Notes: generated by a model from the letters alone, not told the origin. DNA of 63,886 nucleotides, filler included, from Octopus bimaculoides (GCF_001194135.2; 6 parts of 5 records of this genome joined end to end with filler, not necessarily neighbours in it), one strand, 5' to 3'; numbered from the whole stretch's first letter, positions 24,725-37,706 are shown. Program-made: numbers and translations.

Positions 24725-25236
24725 TACAGTAATACTTCCATTAACGAGGGCCCGCTTTACGAGTTTTATTTTTCAAGCACAATTTCCAAATTTTGAGCAA
24801 AGTGCAAAAATTTCTACTACTATAACAAATGCTTCTGCATGTTACTGATGAAATTATAGAGAGAAAAAAAAAAAGCTTCTTCGAAGCAAACAACTCTAGA
24901 CTTGTTTTTTAAAAATAAATCTACAAGTCCGTCTACGAGTGCTTGCGAATCGGTGATCGCGTCTACAAGTGATGGTGTATGCGAGTCTAACGCGAGTGAA
25001 AGTGATTCAGGAAATGATTATAACAATACTTTTTTATTATTAATTATCTTGACATTCTTTTTACTTTGCATAAAATATTCTTTACATTCTACTGTCGTTT
25101 TATTGCTATTAATTTACGAGTAATATAAATTTTATCGGTAAAATATTTTTCTGGGAACGTATTACAATTTATAACATTGCTACTATGGGAAATAACTGCT
25201 CTGCTTCTCGAGTTTTCGCTAACTGATGAAGTATTA
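24725..25236 (+). mobile_element. Tigger/pogo-like internally deleted DNA transposon
   Basis: Starts TA-CAGTAATAC; remnant peptide ...REKKK..SKQTTLDLFFKNK typical of Tigger C-termini; decayed right TIR GAAGTATTA. Confidence 0.55.
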
Positions 25237-25289
25237 GGGTTCTAGTTAGTGTCTGTCCTTCGTGTACGTTTTATAGTATTTAATGCATT

Positions 25290-25321
<32 letters not shown>

Positions 25322-25631
25322 GGGAGAATGTACGAAAAAACAACAACAGACGAGGACAGGTGGTGTAAACAACAAAAGGATGTATTAGTATGACGCTCGG
25401 GAATACGGAAAGTCTTTAACGTTTCGAGCTATGCTCTTCAACAGAAAGAATACGGAGACAAGGAGAAAAACACGGAGAAAAAAAATTGAATAGTGTTCGG
25501 TCAACGGTCAATCATAGCTATGTCTGACCGGAAGTTAGAAATTTTACACAGGAGAGCTAAGAAAAGGGGGAGATAACAAAAGGGGGAGCAAGAACGGTGA
25601 TCGAAGAACGAGGGCTGTGTGTATGAGAGAT
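25322..25631 (-). mobile_element. Penelope-like element 3' end (family H2), hammerhead-bearing, followed by (TA)n
   Basis: Homologous to 60820-61125; pyrimidine-rich lead-in, hammerhead, then CTAATACATC...CACCTGTC...TCTCCC(TA)n. Confidence 0.65.
25413..25449 (-). ncRNA. Minimal hammerhead fold with non-canonical core CUGUUGA
   Basis: UCUUU CUGUUGA A GAGC-AUA-GCUC GAAAC GUU AAAGA; 5-bp stem I and 4-bp stem II are perfect. Confidence 0.65.
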
Positions 25632-27140
25632 NNNNNNNNNNNNNNNNNNNNNNNNNNNNNNNNNNNNNNNNNNNNTTAATTAATTAANNNNNNNNNNNNN
25701 NNNNNNNNNNNNNNNNNNNNNNNNNNNNNNNTATATATATGTGTGTGTTTGTGTGTGTGTGTAAAATATTAATAATGATAAGGAGAATGGAGATTTTTCA
25801 CATAATTTTATTTAATATATATTTACAGCATATTTTTCGGACTTACACGTGTTTCAAGTGCAGCAACTGCACACTGTTTGATATGCAACCTAGCATCATG
25901 GGCAGTGCAGTTTCGTCAGTGTCCATCACCCTAGACTGTTTTTCCTTATTATTAATATTATTAATTATTCTACGGAACATATGCAGTCCTGAATAGGACA
26001 CACAGAATTACCCATTGAGAGAAGTTACCAGGGCCTAACAATTCATTGTTAGCGCGAGTACTACATACGAACTGTTGTGGGTAGCCGGCATCTGGAACCG
26101 ACTTGAGAGAAAATACGGTAACCCGCATGATAATATATCCCTTTAACTTCATTTTTGAAATAACTCTCGTACACANNNNNNNNNNNNNNNNNNNNNNNNN
26201 NNNNNNNNNNNNNNNNNNNNNNNNNNNNNNNNNNNNNNNNNNNNNNNNNNNNNNNNNNNNNNNNNNNNNNNNNNNNNNNNNNNNNNNNNNNNNNNNNNNN
26301 NNNNNNNNNNNNNNNNNNNNNNNNNNNNNNNNNNNNNNNNNNNNNNNNNNNNNNNNNNNNNNNNNNNNNNNNNNNNNNNNNNNNNNGTCAATTACGGACT
26401 TTTTTTTTTCGCAAAATAAACTTTAGTTGGTGCATAAGTTACATGAGTAGATCGTTTCCAGAATAATAAAAAAAATATTCTTGTAAAATGACGTACAAAA
26501 TGTAAACATTCGTACAGGAATGTCAGAATAGGTTTTTACAGAATAAATAGAATGAAGTTGACTTTTATTTATGCTGGACAGTATAATGCTTAGTTTTTCT
26601 GTATAAATTTACTAAGACCATTAAATGGTTAACTACTTTTTGAAGTTTGACGTTCATGCTGATAATCACAATCCGGGCCACGAATTTTTTTTCCCACAAG
26701 AGTTCTGGAATCCAGTAATGAACTCATTTGCATACAATCAACCAGAGCTCACCTTGAAAATCGACTTACTGTGTACTACTACAATACAACCAGTCAGGCA
26801 TAGAATGGTGTATGTCACTCTGTTAGTACAGCATAGCAGGTTTCACATAAGCACCACATCCTCTCCACCATCCTTATAGATTAATTGAACATCATCTCTA
26901 TATGGAGCTAAATTTAGGTACCTATGCTCAGACTGATATTAGTGATACTGCATGTACCCATTGATATATGCAAGGAGGGCGCAATACGACACAACGCCAT
27001 ATTGATTACGATGATTCCAGATCAACACCAACATTTTAAATTAGGAATGTACAAAATCAGTCAAAAAATTAGAAAACTATACTCATTTACATTTTCTAGT
27101 ATATATATATATATATATGTATATGCGTTATGTAAACGAT

Positions 27141-27362
27141 CATATATTTCTTTATTGCCCACAAGAGGCTAAACATAGAGGGGACAAACAAGGACAGACA
27201 AAGGGATTAAGTCGATTACCTCGACCCCAGTGCATAACTGGTATTTATTTAATCGACTCCGAAAGGTCGACCTCGGCAGAATTTGAACTCAGAACGTAGC
27301 AGCAGACGAAATACCACTAAGCATTTCGCCCGGTAGGTGTGCTAACGATTCTGCCAGCTCGG
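27141..27362 (-). mobile_element. SINE family B with AATAAAGAAAT tail and internal deletion
   Basis: TTTCTTTATTGCCCACAAGAGGCTAAACATAGAGG...TTCTGCCAGCTCG. Confidence 0.88.
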
Positions 27363-27441
27363 TGCCCTGTGAACGATCATACATATTGAAAGCAAAAAGT
27401 GTAATATTTAATTTCACATATCTATTGGTGTGTGTGTGTGT

Positions 27442-27485
<44 letters not shown>

Positions 27486-27575
27486 GTGTGCGTGCGTGCA
27501 CGCATGTGTGTATGCTTGAGACTGATAAACTAAATGCAATTTGCGATAAAAATTTGCAGTTTTATTTTGATTGAC

Positions 27576-28578
27576 TTGTAATACTCCGGTTTTGACTTTA
27601 AAGTATTCCGTCTTTCCATCGGGAGTAATCACTTTCGCTCATGTTCTCATACAGCTTACTTATTGCTCTCAGAATTCTTGGTGGAGTATCATACGCTTTG
27701 ATTATTTTCTTCATCATTCCTCTAGGGCAAGGAAGGAAAACTGGGATTCAAACTGTATAGGCAAAGAAGTAGACCGCATCGAGCAATAACAGTAACTGAC
27801 CTAGACTATGCTGATGACCTGGCATTACTAACAGAGAGGACAGATCAGGCACAGGAGGCACTGAGCAGATTAGTGCAGAAATCGGGGAAGGTAGGATTGT
27901 ACTGCAACGCAAAGAAAACAGAGCTGCAAGTATTCACCCACCAAATGACTGCGTCAGTGAAAGTGAGAGACGGTAAGTCGCTCAAAGTAGTTGAAAATTT
28001 CAAATAACTTGGTGCGTGAACACAAAATACTGAAAAAGACATCGTAGCAAGGAAAGCTCTTGCCTGGAGCGCATGCCATAAATTGAGAAAGGTATGGATT
28101 TCAAAGTTAGCAAGGAAACTGAAAGCGAGGTAGCTTCTGGCAACAGTGGAGTCTATTCTTCTATACGGGGCTGAAACATGGATGCTCACTAAAGCATTGA
28201 AGAAGCAGTTGGACGGTTGTTATACAAAGATGCCTAGAATAGCACTCAGTGTCTCCTGAAAGAGTCATACAACAAACGCCAACTTATACCAGGGACTACC
28301 AAAAGTAATATGGAAGATACAACGTAGAAAGATAAGACTAGCTGGACACTGTATCAGACATTCCGATGAAATTACTAACAAGCTAGTGCTCTGGCAACCA
28401 ACGGAGGGAGGAACAAGGAGAGGAAGGTGGAAGACGACCTATATCGACAACTTGCTGGAGAATACTAGTGTAGATTGGGTACAGGAGCTGAGGAACATTA
28501 TGAAAGATCGAGACGAGTGAGGAAAACGTGTGGAAACAGTCTTGGGGCATCCCGAGAGACGATCTAGATAGATAGAAA
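27576..28578 (+). mobile_element. RTE-clade LINE, 5' truncated with inverted 5' segment, inactive
   Basis: Plus strand: TDLDYADDLALL (YADD at 27807-27818), VESILLYGAETWMLTK, RLAGHCIRH, (TAGA)n tail. Minus strand 27576-27722: MMKKIIKAY...VITPDGKTEYFKVKTGVLQ. TSD TTATTTTGATTGAC at 27562-27575 and 28579-28592. Several stops. Confidence 0.93.
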
Positions 28579-28924
28579 TTATTTTGATTGACATACCAGC
28601 GACTTCAGTGACGCGCGCGCATGAACACACACATACATACGCACATATATATACATACATACGCACACATTTATACATACACATATATTATCCGTTAATA
28701 GTAGCGTGTCTCGAAGCTAATACTGCTATGAAAAATAGCTTATAATATACAGCATTAAAAAGTTCTTGAGTGGAAAAAAGAGAGAAAACTACCCACAGGA
28801 CTCGAACAACACAATTTACGTAACCATGATAGACGTGCTACCCAATTGCCCGAAAGTAACCTTCGCTCCCCTTTCCTACAAATTATATTCTAAATGTAAA
28901 CACAGCCTCAAATATATTTATGTC

Positions 28925-29232
28925 GGTTACGACGACGACAAGGATTCCAGTCTATCCGATCAACGGAACAGTCTGCTCGTGAAATTAACGTGCATGTGGC
29001 TGAGCACTCCACGGACATATGTACCCTTAACGTAGTTCTCAGTAAGATTCAGCGTGACACAGAGTGTGATAAGGCTAGCCCTTTGAAATACAGGTACTAC
29101 TCATTTTCGCCAGCTGAGTGGACTGGAGCAACGTGAAATGAATTGTCTTGCTCAAGGGCACAACTCGTCGTCGGGAATTGAACTCACGATCTTGTGATCT
29201 GAATACCCTAACCATTGAGCTACCCGCCTTCA
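28925..29232 (-). mobile_element. tRNA-headed SINE family D (head type 1)
   Basis: Minus head GGCGGGTAGCTCAATGGTTAG...GAGTTCAATTCCC; 3' module GTGCTCAGCCAC.TGCACGTTAATTTCACGAGCAG.CTGTTCCGTTGAT. Confidence 0.85.
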
Positions 29233-29754
29233 CTATATTTATGTGCAAATACATAAACATACACGCTTACATATACATGTATGTATATGCATACACACAC
29301 GGATGCATACAAGCTTATACATAGATACACATATACACATACATTTATACGTACAAACTGTTCATTTGTCGATAAGCTCAACAATTTAAAACGCTCAATA
29401 TATTTGAAGACTATGAATACTTTTATGTATAATATCATAAATGTTAATTAGCAACAACTTAAGTTTCGTGCTCCAAAGGAAGTCGCCTGATTCACATTAG
29501 GTTAAAGTGTAGTCGCTTCGCCTCATTCGTTCGCAAGGTTGCTTCAAGTCATTCCATAAAGTGGCAACCAATTTGTGGTAAAAAGAAAATAAAACAACCT
29601 GAAAGAGGCGAAAGGACTACTACTCGACCTAATCCGTATCAGATTACATCCCTGGACCATGAAGCTTAAGTTATTGCCACTTAACATTTAAGATGTTGTA
29701 TGTAATATATATATATATATATATATATATNNNNNNNNNNGTATATGTATAAAT

Positions 29755-30073
29755 GAGTAACAAAGATGTACAGGTGTCAATTCATTACAGCCGTTTCAAG
29801 TGACTACGTTAACTGGTTAACGAAAACATTACATCATTGCAAAGAAACCGTTTTTGTCAGTTGACTGCATAGACATCAATCACAAAGGAGAAACCAACTG
29901 CTTTAATATATTCGTATCACCAACGGATCTCAAATTTGTAAATGTAAATATTTGAGCTCCGTTTCAACTGACAAAAACGGTCTCTTTGCAGTGATGTAAT
30001 GTTTTCATTAATCATTTAAAGGTGTCGCTTGAAACAACTGCAATGAATTGGCACCTGTACATCTTTGTTACTC
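29755..30073. mobile_element. MITE with long TIRs (about 115 bp)
   Basis: GAGTAACAAAGATGTACAGGTG is a perfect inverted match to CACCTGTACATCTTTGTTACTC; imperfect pairing continues inward. Confidence 0.78.
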
Positions 30074-31009
30074 TATATTTTATTCAACTATCCTGGAATC
30101 AGCTCTTCGGAAATTTTATAGAAAGTATTTTTGTATTTTTATATAAAGTACATATCTGAACAACCAAGAGCGGATCTCTTCATTAAGTTGGGTCGTGTTA
30201 CCTGCATACACTACAAGAATATCAAGTGCAAACACTTCTGCAAAGTTTAATATTCACCTGATATTGTTTGGGTGTGCAAATTAGATCGACCTAACAAAGG
30301 TGCTTCAATTTAAGTACCTAATTCTACCGAATCTTAATTATATATATATATATATATATATACACATACACATTATCTACTCTACATTTTGTATAGAGTT
30401 CAAGAGGAGAAAATATTTATTCTCTGTGTGACATACACACATGTTTTCGAAATGCAACATTAATATGTGTTTGCGTATACATACATACATATGATNNNNN
30501 NNNNNNNNNNNNNNNNNNNNNNNNNNNNNNNNNNNNNNNNNNNNNNNNNNNNNNNNNNNNNNNNNNNNNNNNNNNNNNNNNNNNNNNNNNNNNNNNNNNN
30601 NNNNNNNNNNNNNNNNNNNNNNNNNNNNNNNNNNNNNNNNNNNNNNNNNNNNNNNNNNNNNNNNNNNNNNNNNNNNNNNNNNNNNNNNNNNNNNNNNNNN
30701 NNNNNNNNNNNNNNNNNNNNNNNNNNNNNNNNNNNNTATATATATATATATATATTCATATCTATATATCTCCCTCACACACACACGCGTGCAACTCAGT
30801 GAGTTAGTTGTGTGTGAGGTAATCAAGTCCGAAATAATATACATCTATGTGCAGTAAACTACCCATTAGTAACTTATAAATGGTCGACTATTCTCATACA
30901 TTTCCCTATACATATGCTACGGTTAATTGATGATGAAGTACGAAAGTGGATAAGTGTTGGTAGCTTAAAAACGAATTAATTTTGAATTAAGAAAAGGAAA
31001 ACATAAATA

Positions 31010-31330
31010 GTTCTGTGAGACACTAGAAGTAAAATTACAGGGCGCCAGTAAGGTTTTAATTGCTATGAAAACAGGAATTTGTCAAGGTTGTCTGCCTGTC
31101 TATCAATAAATAAACAGACGGGACTCATATCCTTATTTACTTAGTCTTGCTTTGAAATACGCCCACGAGGGCTTTTCGGAAACTTGTGGTGAGGATCGAA
31201 TAAATGAATTGTTATTTAACATTGCACCAGTATTCGCTCAACTCAGCGAAAGGACTTTGACAAACGACTGAATGTTTGTTTAACCAACTGATTAAGCAAA
31301 CGATCGATGAGTTGGTTGGTTAAATAACTA
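31010..31330 (+). mobile_element. Highly decayed LINE RT relic
   Basis: KTGICQGCL resembles the GxRQGCxLSP motif; little else is readable. Confidence 0.35.
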
Positions 31331-31524
31331 AACATTTGGCTAATAATAAAGAAGTAAAATCGAACTAGTGCGTGTATTTACTATAATCGTAATGACCCTC
31401 CCAATATAAAACAAAATTTGTTTCAATGCACGAGTTCGCATTAACAACCTTGCAAATAACATTTTTAAAAGGTCAGTGGTAAAACCGGAGGCTTATTTAA
31501 TTATATTTCAAGCAGTTGAAAAAT

Positions 31525-31828
31525 CCCTTCGTAAAATTGTCCTCATCTTGTTAGTTGCTAGCACAACGTTTCGGCTGCTTATACCCTCAAACCTTCATCA
31601 GATGTCTCGGGGAAATTTCGAACCTGGCTTCTCATTCCTAAGGTATTTTCAGATATTATAATTGTTTTTATTATTAATCAGGTCGCTGCCTGGAATCTAA
31701 CTCGGAATCTTGGGGTTAGTAGCCCGCGCTCTTAACCACTACACCATATGCCTGTGGGCAGTTATGGAGTGAATTTTAGGGCTTATAAATCTAATATTCT
31801 TCTATCCTTCCTTAATACCGGTTTCCAT
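31525..31828 (-). mobile_element. Family C, most complete copy (leader + tRNA-like head + AAT + hammerhead tail)
   Basis: The 80-bp leader ACCGGTATTAAGGAAGGATAG...GCCC is shared with 35212-35290; head and tail are shared with 4790-5036. Confidence 0.85.
31561..31606 (-). ncRNA. Minimal type I hammerhead ribozyme motif, core intact
   Basis: GACAU CUGAUGA A GGUU...AGCC GAAAC GUU GUGC; stems partly wobble-paired. Confidence 0.7.
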
Positions 31829-33214
31829 CAGCAAAAGATTATGGTGACTGTCTAGTGGTCTGCAATTGGTGTTGTCCACTACAGCTTCCTGGAAGCCAAT
31901 CAGAGCATTACAGCAGAGGTTTAATGCATGTATATAAGTAGCTAAGTAAAATTTGCGCTATCACTCACTCTCTCTTTCTGTTACACACACACACTTTCTC
32001 TCTCTCTCTTTTTGTCATTCACACATTCACTAAAAAGATGCGAGAAAAAATAAATTAAAAAATGTACGCTGTCACTCTCTCTCCTCCTCTCTCTTTCACG
32101 CACGCACACATACACACACAACACACACGTTCTTTCTCGCACCCCACCATCAACACATACACACGTCCATGTCCATTTCCTCTCTTTTTCACTTTATGCT
32201 GACTTCAGACAAACTGTACATTTCCACTCATAAAAATAAATAAAATTTTTTTACGGAAGTTACCGAACGTCGTAAGATAACGGCTGAGCTGCGCGTACAC
32301 GCCTTCGAGTTAAAACGAAAGATTGCCAAAATGGCTCGGCTATTGCCAAAATTTCTAAATAATATCTTAATTTTTTCCTTTTTATGATATAATTGCATTA
32401 ATTAATACAGATGACGTAATTAAACTAATTGCAAATTAGTGGTGTCGTTGATAATCTTTTCCTTACCTCAATAATGCCGTTGATATATTAAAAGTCCCTT
32501 AGAGAATTATATTCATAAAAGAAGTATAGAACTATACTATCAACCTCAAATTTGAGAAACAAACACTCATAACTTTTTTTCTTTTAAAACTTCATTGCAT
32601 GAGATTGATATCATGAAATTCCTCGAATTGATATCGATCATTTTAGCTGAATTAAAATATAGTTTGTTTTTAAAATAAAAAAGTTAATTAGACTTACATC
32701 CAATTTTTTGCTTTATATATTTTTTCATGATGTTTTACCTCACAACTTTTTTGATACAAACTTTTGTTGCACGGGATCAAAACTATGACATTCTTCATGC
32801 TTTCTTCTATCACTGAAGCTAAGATAAATATATTTTGCTGTTAAAATAAAAAAGTTATTTACATCTAAACTTGATTGGAGGTGTCAATTACTCTCCTATA
32901 ACGTTGCTACAAATTTTGATGTAAACTTTTTCCTACTGGACCAAATCTCAATTTTTTTTAATGCCAAAATGTAACTAGCGACCAGCCTTCTTCAAATATG
33001 TTCACAGTTTTCAATTTGGTTAAGAACTGAATTAGCGACAAAGCTTTGAAGATGCTGCGTGTGAGTAAATTGCAGCCTTAAGAATATTATTCAACTACTA
33101 CCGTAGTTGAATGATTGGTATGAGACCATTAGTTGCTTGAAGACCCAGGTGTGAAGTTAATTCGCTGGAAACTGAGCTCAGACCTTAGAATGACGGCAAT
33201 ATATAAATGCTAGA

Positions 33215-33280
<66 letters not shown>

Positions 33281-33282
33281 AG

Positions 33283-33498
33283 AAGGGCGGTGAGCTGGCA
33301 GAATCCTTAGTACACCGGGCAAAATGCTTAACGGTATTTCGTCCGTCTTTCATTCTGAGTTCAAATTCCACAGCTGTCGACTTTGCCGTTCATCCTTTCG
33401 GAGTCGATAATTAGTACCAGTTGAACCCTGGTCGTCGATGTAATCGACTTCAAACCTACCCCGAAATTGCTGGCCTTGTGCCAAAATTTGAAACCATT
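33283..33498 (+). mobile_element. SINE family B embedded in (ATT)n
   Basis: GGCGGTGAGCTGGCAGAATCCTTAG...GGCCTTGTGCCAAAATTTGAAACC, flanked by ATT runs. Confidence 0.88.
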
Positions 33499-33500
33499 AA

Positions 33501-33547
<47 letters not shown>

Positions 33548-33733
33548 GTTATGGCGTTACACTACTTTCAAAAGTAGTGCGATAATCAAAACACTTTACG
33601 AGTTATAGAATACAATATATTTTAATATTAGATACTTTTTATATTAATTTTTCCTTTTCGAGTTTGTTTTTCAATTAAATATATATCCATAAACAAACAT
33701 ATATATCTACATATATAAACATACATACACACG

Positions 33734-33765
<32 letters not shown>

Positions 33766-33779
33766 TGTATGTATGTATG

Positions 33780-33828
<49 letters not shown>

Positions 33829-34811
33829 NNNNNNNNNNATTTTTCATATCAAGTTTTATTTTTATATTAATTTAAGAGCCCAAATAAATAAATGAATAAA
33901 TAAATAAATAAATAAACAGTGCGTCTTCTCACAAGAATAATATTTTGACAGAATATAAGCGGTTTCTTTCCATATTTAAAATCTGATTAACTTAGTTGTC
34001 AAAACGAATTAGGAAGAAGCAAAATTTATTCCATTGTTTGAAATTTTTGGATAAAGGACTAAAATATTTTTCAATTTTCTATAACGCTTCTTATACATTT
34101 TAGATATCTTTCATTTTTAGTTTCTTTTTTTTTTCTTTTACCTAGTATTTTATTTTCAAGGATAGTGGACCCTAAACCCGTCAGACAATAGAATATCAAA
34201 TTATGATTTAGGAAGATAGCAATCTTGATGGGAAGTATTTCAAAGCATAATTCAATATACATACATGTGTGTGTGTGCTTGCGTGAGCGAGCGTGTATAT
34301 ATATATATATATAATTGTTTGGACTTTGGGCATATGTCACGTAGTATGCTAATTAGAACACTTTCAGCGTTTAGGTTACCTGATGTCATCCAGTTACGAT
34401 ATAGTTGTCACTGGATTTACTTCAAGAATTTCGCTTTGTCCGTTGAGTTTATAATGAATGAAGAAATGCAAAAATGGATTTAGCAAGAATCTTTATTCAA
34501 CACAATGGTCGTTTTGACCGATACTGCATCAAGGTCAGACGGGACCTTGATGACTGCCATGAGGCAGGAAAGTATACTAGTCCTTATATATTTAATACTC
34601 TATATTTAATACTCAATATTTCATATATTCAATAAGACATTAAATACTTCATTTCATTTTACGATTTATATTATATACTCCATATTCTATATCCCACATT
34701 AATCTTATAAGAATATAAATAAAACATAAACAAACAGTTAGAACTCTTTTAAATAATATATTCCTCTATACACGATCATACAAAACCCTTTTTTATATTT
34801 TTTAATTTTTA

Positions 34812-34845
<34 letters not shown>

Positions 34846-35103
34846 NNNNNNNNNNNNNNNNNNNNNNNNNNNNNNNNNNNNNNNNNNNNTTAATTAATTA
34901 ANNNNNNNNNNNNNNNNNNNNNNNNNNNNNNNNNNNNNNNNNNNNGTGAACGATATTTCGACATCTCGCGTGTCTTCCACTGGTTCAAAAAATAAATTTG
35001 TCAATCTACTTCATTTTGGTTATTTTTTGAACCAGTGGAAGACACGCGAGATGTCGAAATATCGTTCACAAGATAGCAAATGGCACTCTTCTTTTAATTT
35101 TGA

Positions 35104-35160
<57 letters not shown>

Positions 35161-35211
35161 CAGGCCACTACCTGGAATGAAACCGAGTGCAGATATGAAC
35201 AGCATATGAGG

Positions 35212-35506
<295 letters not shown>

Positions 35507-35975
35507 TTTAACACATATATGTAGGTATATATGTACGTATGTATATATATGCATACACACATGCATATGTACATACACTTTCATGCAGCCTGTAGGTTGT
35601 AAAATTTCGCGCAAATTGGAAATTATAAAAGAGAAGCGTAGTATTTCTGTCAGAACCTCTGTTAAACGCAGATATATATGTCCAGACATAAGATCTTGGA
35701 CTGACAAGTATGACGCGTTCCCAGTAGTTTGAAATGTTTATTCAGTTGAGCCAAACATGTTAAGATAATAATATTAAACCTTAATTGAAAAGAGATGTAC
35801 ATGGCGAAATAATGAGAACGCAATATTCAATACCTGTAATCATGGGAGCAATAATGATTCTTGGAACAGTCATTATTTTTTTAATGCCACAGGGTAAATC
35901 TTGAGTAACTGATTAAAAATGAAAAATCAAAACAAAGAACATGGACATTATGCCTATAAAAGATTTATTTGTATA

Positions 35976-36033
<58 letters not shown>

Positions 36034-36342
36034 TTGTGTGTGTGCGTGTGTGTGTTTGTGTGTGAGTTTGTGTGTGAAACATGCAGATTTTCAGATAAAT
36101 GTATACATTCGTAAATATCTGTACAAGTCTGAATACATAAGCCAAAAGGTTCATATCCAAACATGCAATGGTATATATGCTGGCATAAGATGCACACACT
36201 CACACTCGCAGACGCATTATACACACACGCAAATACACACACACACACACACACACACACGTACGTACACATACAAATACACACATATTTACATACTGTC
36301 TACATGCATATACATTTATGCCCTTTTATACACACGATACTT

Positions 36343-36664
36343 TCCAGTTGATCCGATCAACGGAACAGCCTGCTCGTGAAATTAACGTGCAAGTGGCTGA
36401 GCACTCCACAGACACGTGTACCCTTAACGTAGTTCTCGGGGATATTCAGCGTGACACAGTGTGACAAGGCTGACCCTTTGAATTACAGGCACAACAGAAA
36501 CAGGAAGTAAGAGCGAGAGAAAGTTGTGGTGGAAGAGTACAGCAGGGTTCGCCACCATCCCCTGCCGGAGCCTCGTGGAGCTTTAGGTGTTTTCGCTCAA
36601 TAAACACACACAACGCCCGGTCTGGGAATCGAAACCGCGATACTATGTCCGCGAGTCCGCTGCC
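36343..36664 (-). mobile_element. SINE family D (head type 2)
   Basis: Same 3' module as 28925, different 5' half (GCGGTTTCGATTCCCAGACC B-box-like). Confidence 0.85.
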
Positions 36665-36959
36665 NNNNNNNNNNNNNNNNNNNNNNNNNNNNNNNNNNNN
36701 NNNNNNNNNNNNNNNNNNNNNNNNNNNNNNNNNNNNNNNNNNNNNNNNNNNNNNNNNNNNNNNNNNNNNNNNNNNNNNNNNNNNNNNNNNNNNNNNNNNN
36801 NNNNNNNNNNNNNNNNNNNNNNNNNNNNNNNNNNNNNNNNNNNNNNNNNNNNNNNNNNNNNNNNNNNNNNNNNNNNNNNNNNNNNNNNNNNNNNNNNNNN
36901 NNNNNNNNNNNNNNNNNNNNNNNNNNNNNNNNNNNNNNNNNNNNNNNNNNNNNNNNNNN

Positions 36960-36999
<40 letters not shown>

Positions 37000-37290
37000 T
37001 AGCATGTAATTGTGAGAAGAAAAAATAGTACCAACATAAACATCATTTCCATTATGTATGAACTACAGACCTGATTAAAAAAAAGACATCGTATAACAAT
37101 ACGATATCGTAAAACAATACTATATACTTTTCCACTAGGTAAATAACATACACAATAAGCAAAACTATAAATTTGGAATATTGTGGGCAAATGCATACAT
37201 GGGCATATATTTATACAAATTATAAAAAATATATAGATTTTATATCAGAAAGGGAGATGAGAAAGGAATTAATGATTATCCTAAGAACTA

Positions 37291-37518
37291 TATTAGCTTA
37301 CAGATGTTTCTATTATAGACTGCAATGCATTCATAGTTGAATGCCTGAATAACACATTATAGCATCATCGGAGCCTCGAATGTGAAGTACAATTATTAAT
37401 TGTTTCCAAATAAACTGCATTTAATATTCGAGGCTCCGATGAGGCTACAAGGTAATATTGAGGTACTCAAATATGAGTCCATTGCAGTTTATAGTAGAAA
37501 CAGCAGTAAACAGTAATA
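37291..37518. mobile_element. Foldback/MITE with nested inverted repeats
   Basis: 37360-37381 vs 37426-37447 match 21 of 22 inverted; outer arms about 37291-37340 vs 37466-37518 are imperfectly inverted. Confidence 0.65.
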
Positions 37519-37670
37519 AAGTCCATAAAATAATCATTTATTCCTTTGACAACCCTCTTTCTTATTACCGCTCTATACTCAGTAAGTATTTAGTTCTGAT
37601 AAAATGTATACTGAGTTTACGCTGGATTATTTCTCTCGTAATGCCGAAACGAAATATTTCATTAAATACA

Positions 37671-37706
<36 letters not shown>

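Noticed and set aside
34946-35069. Perfect 50-bp inverted repeat
   Set aside because: It starts at the first base after a scaffold join with zero mismatches, so probably a contig-end foldback artefact; a young MITE is not excluded
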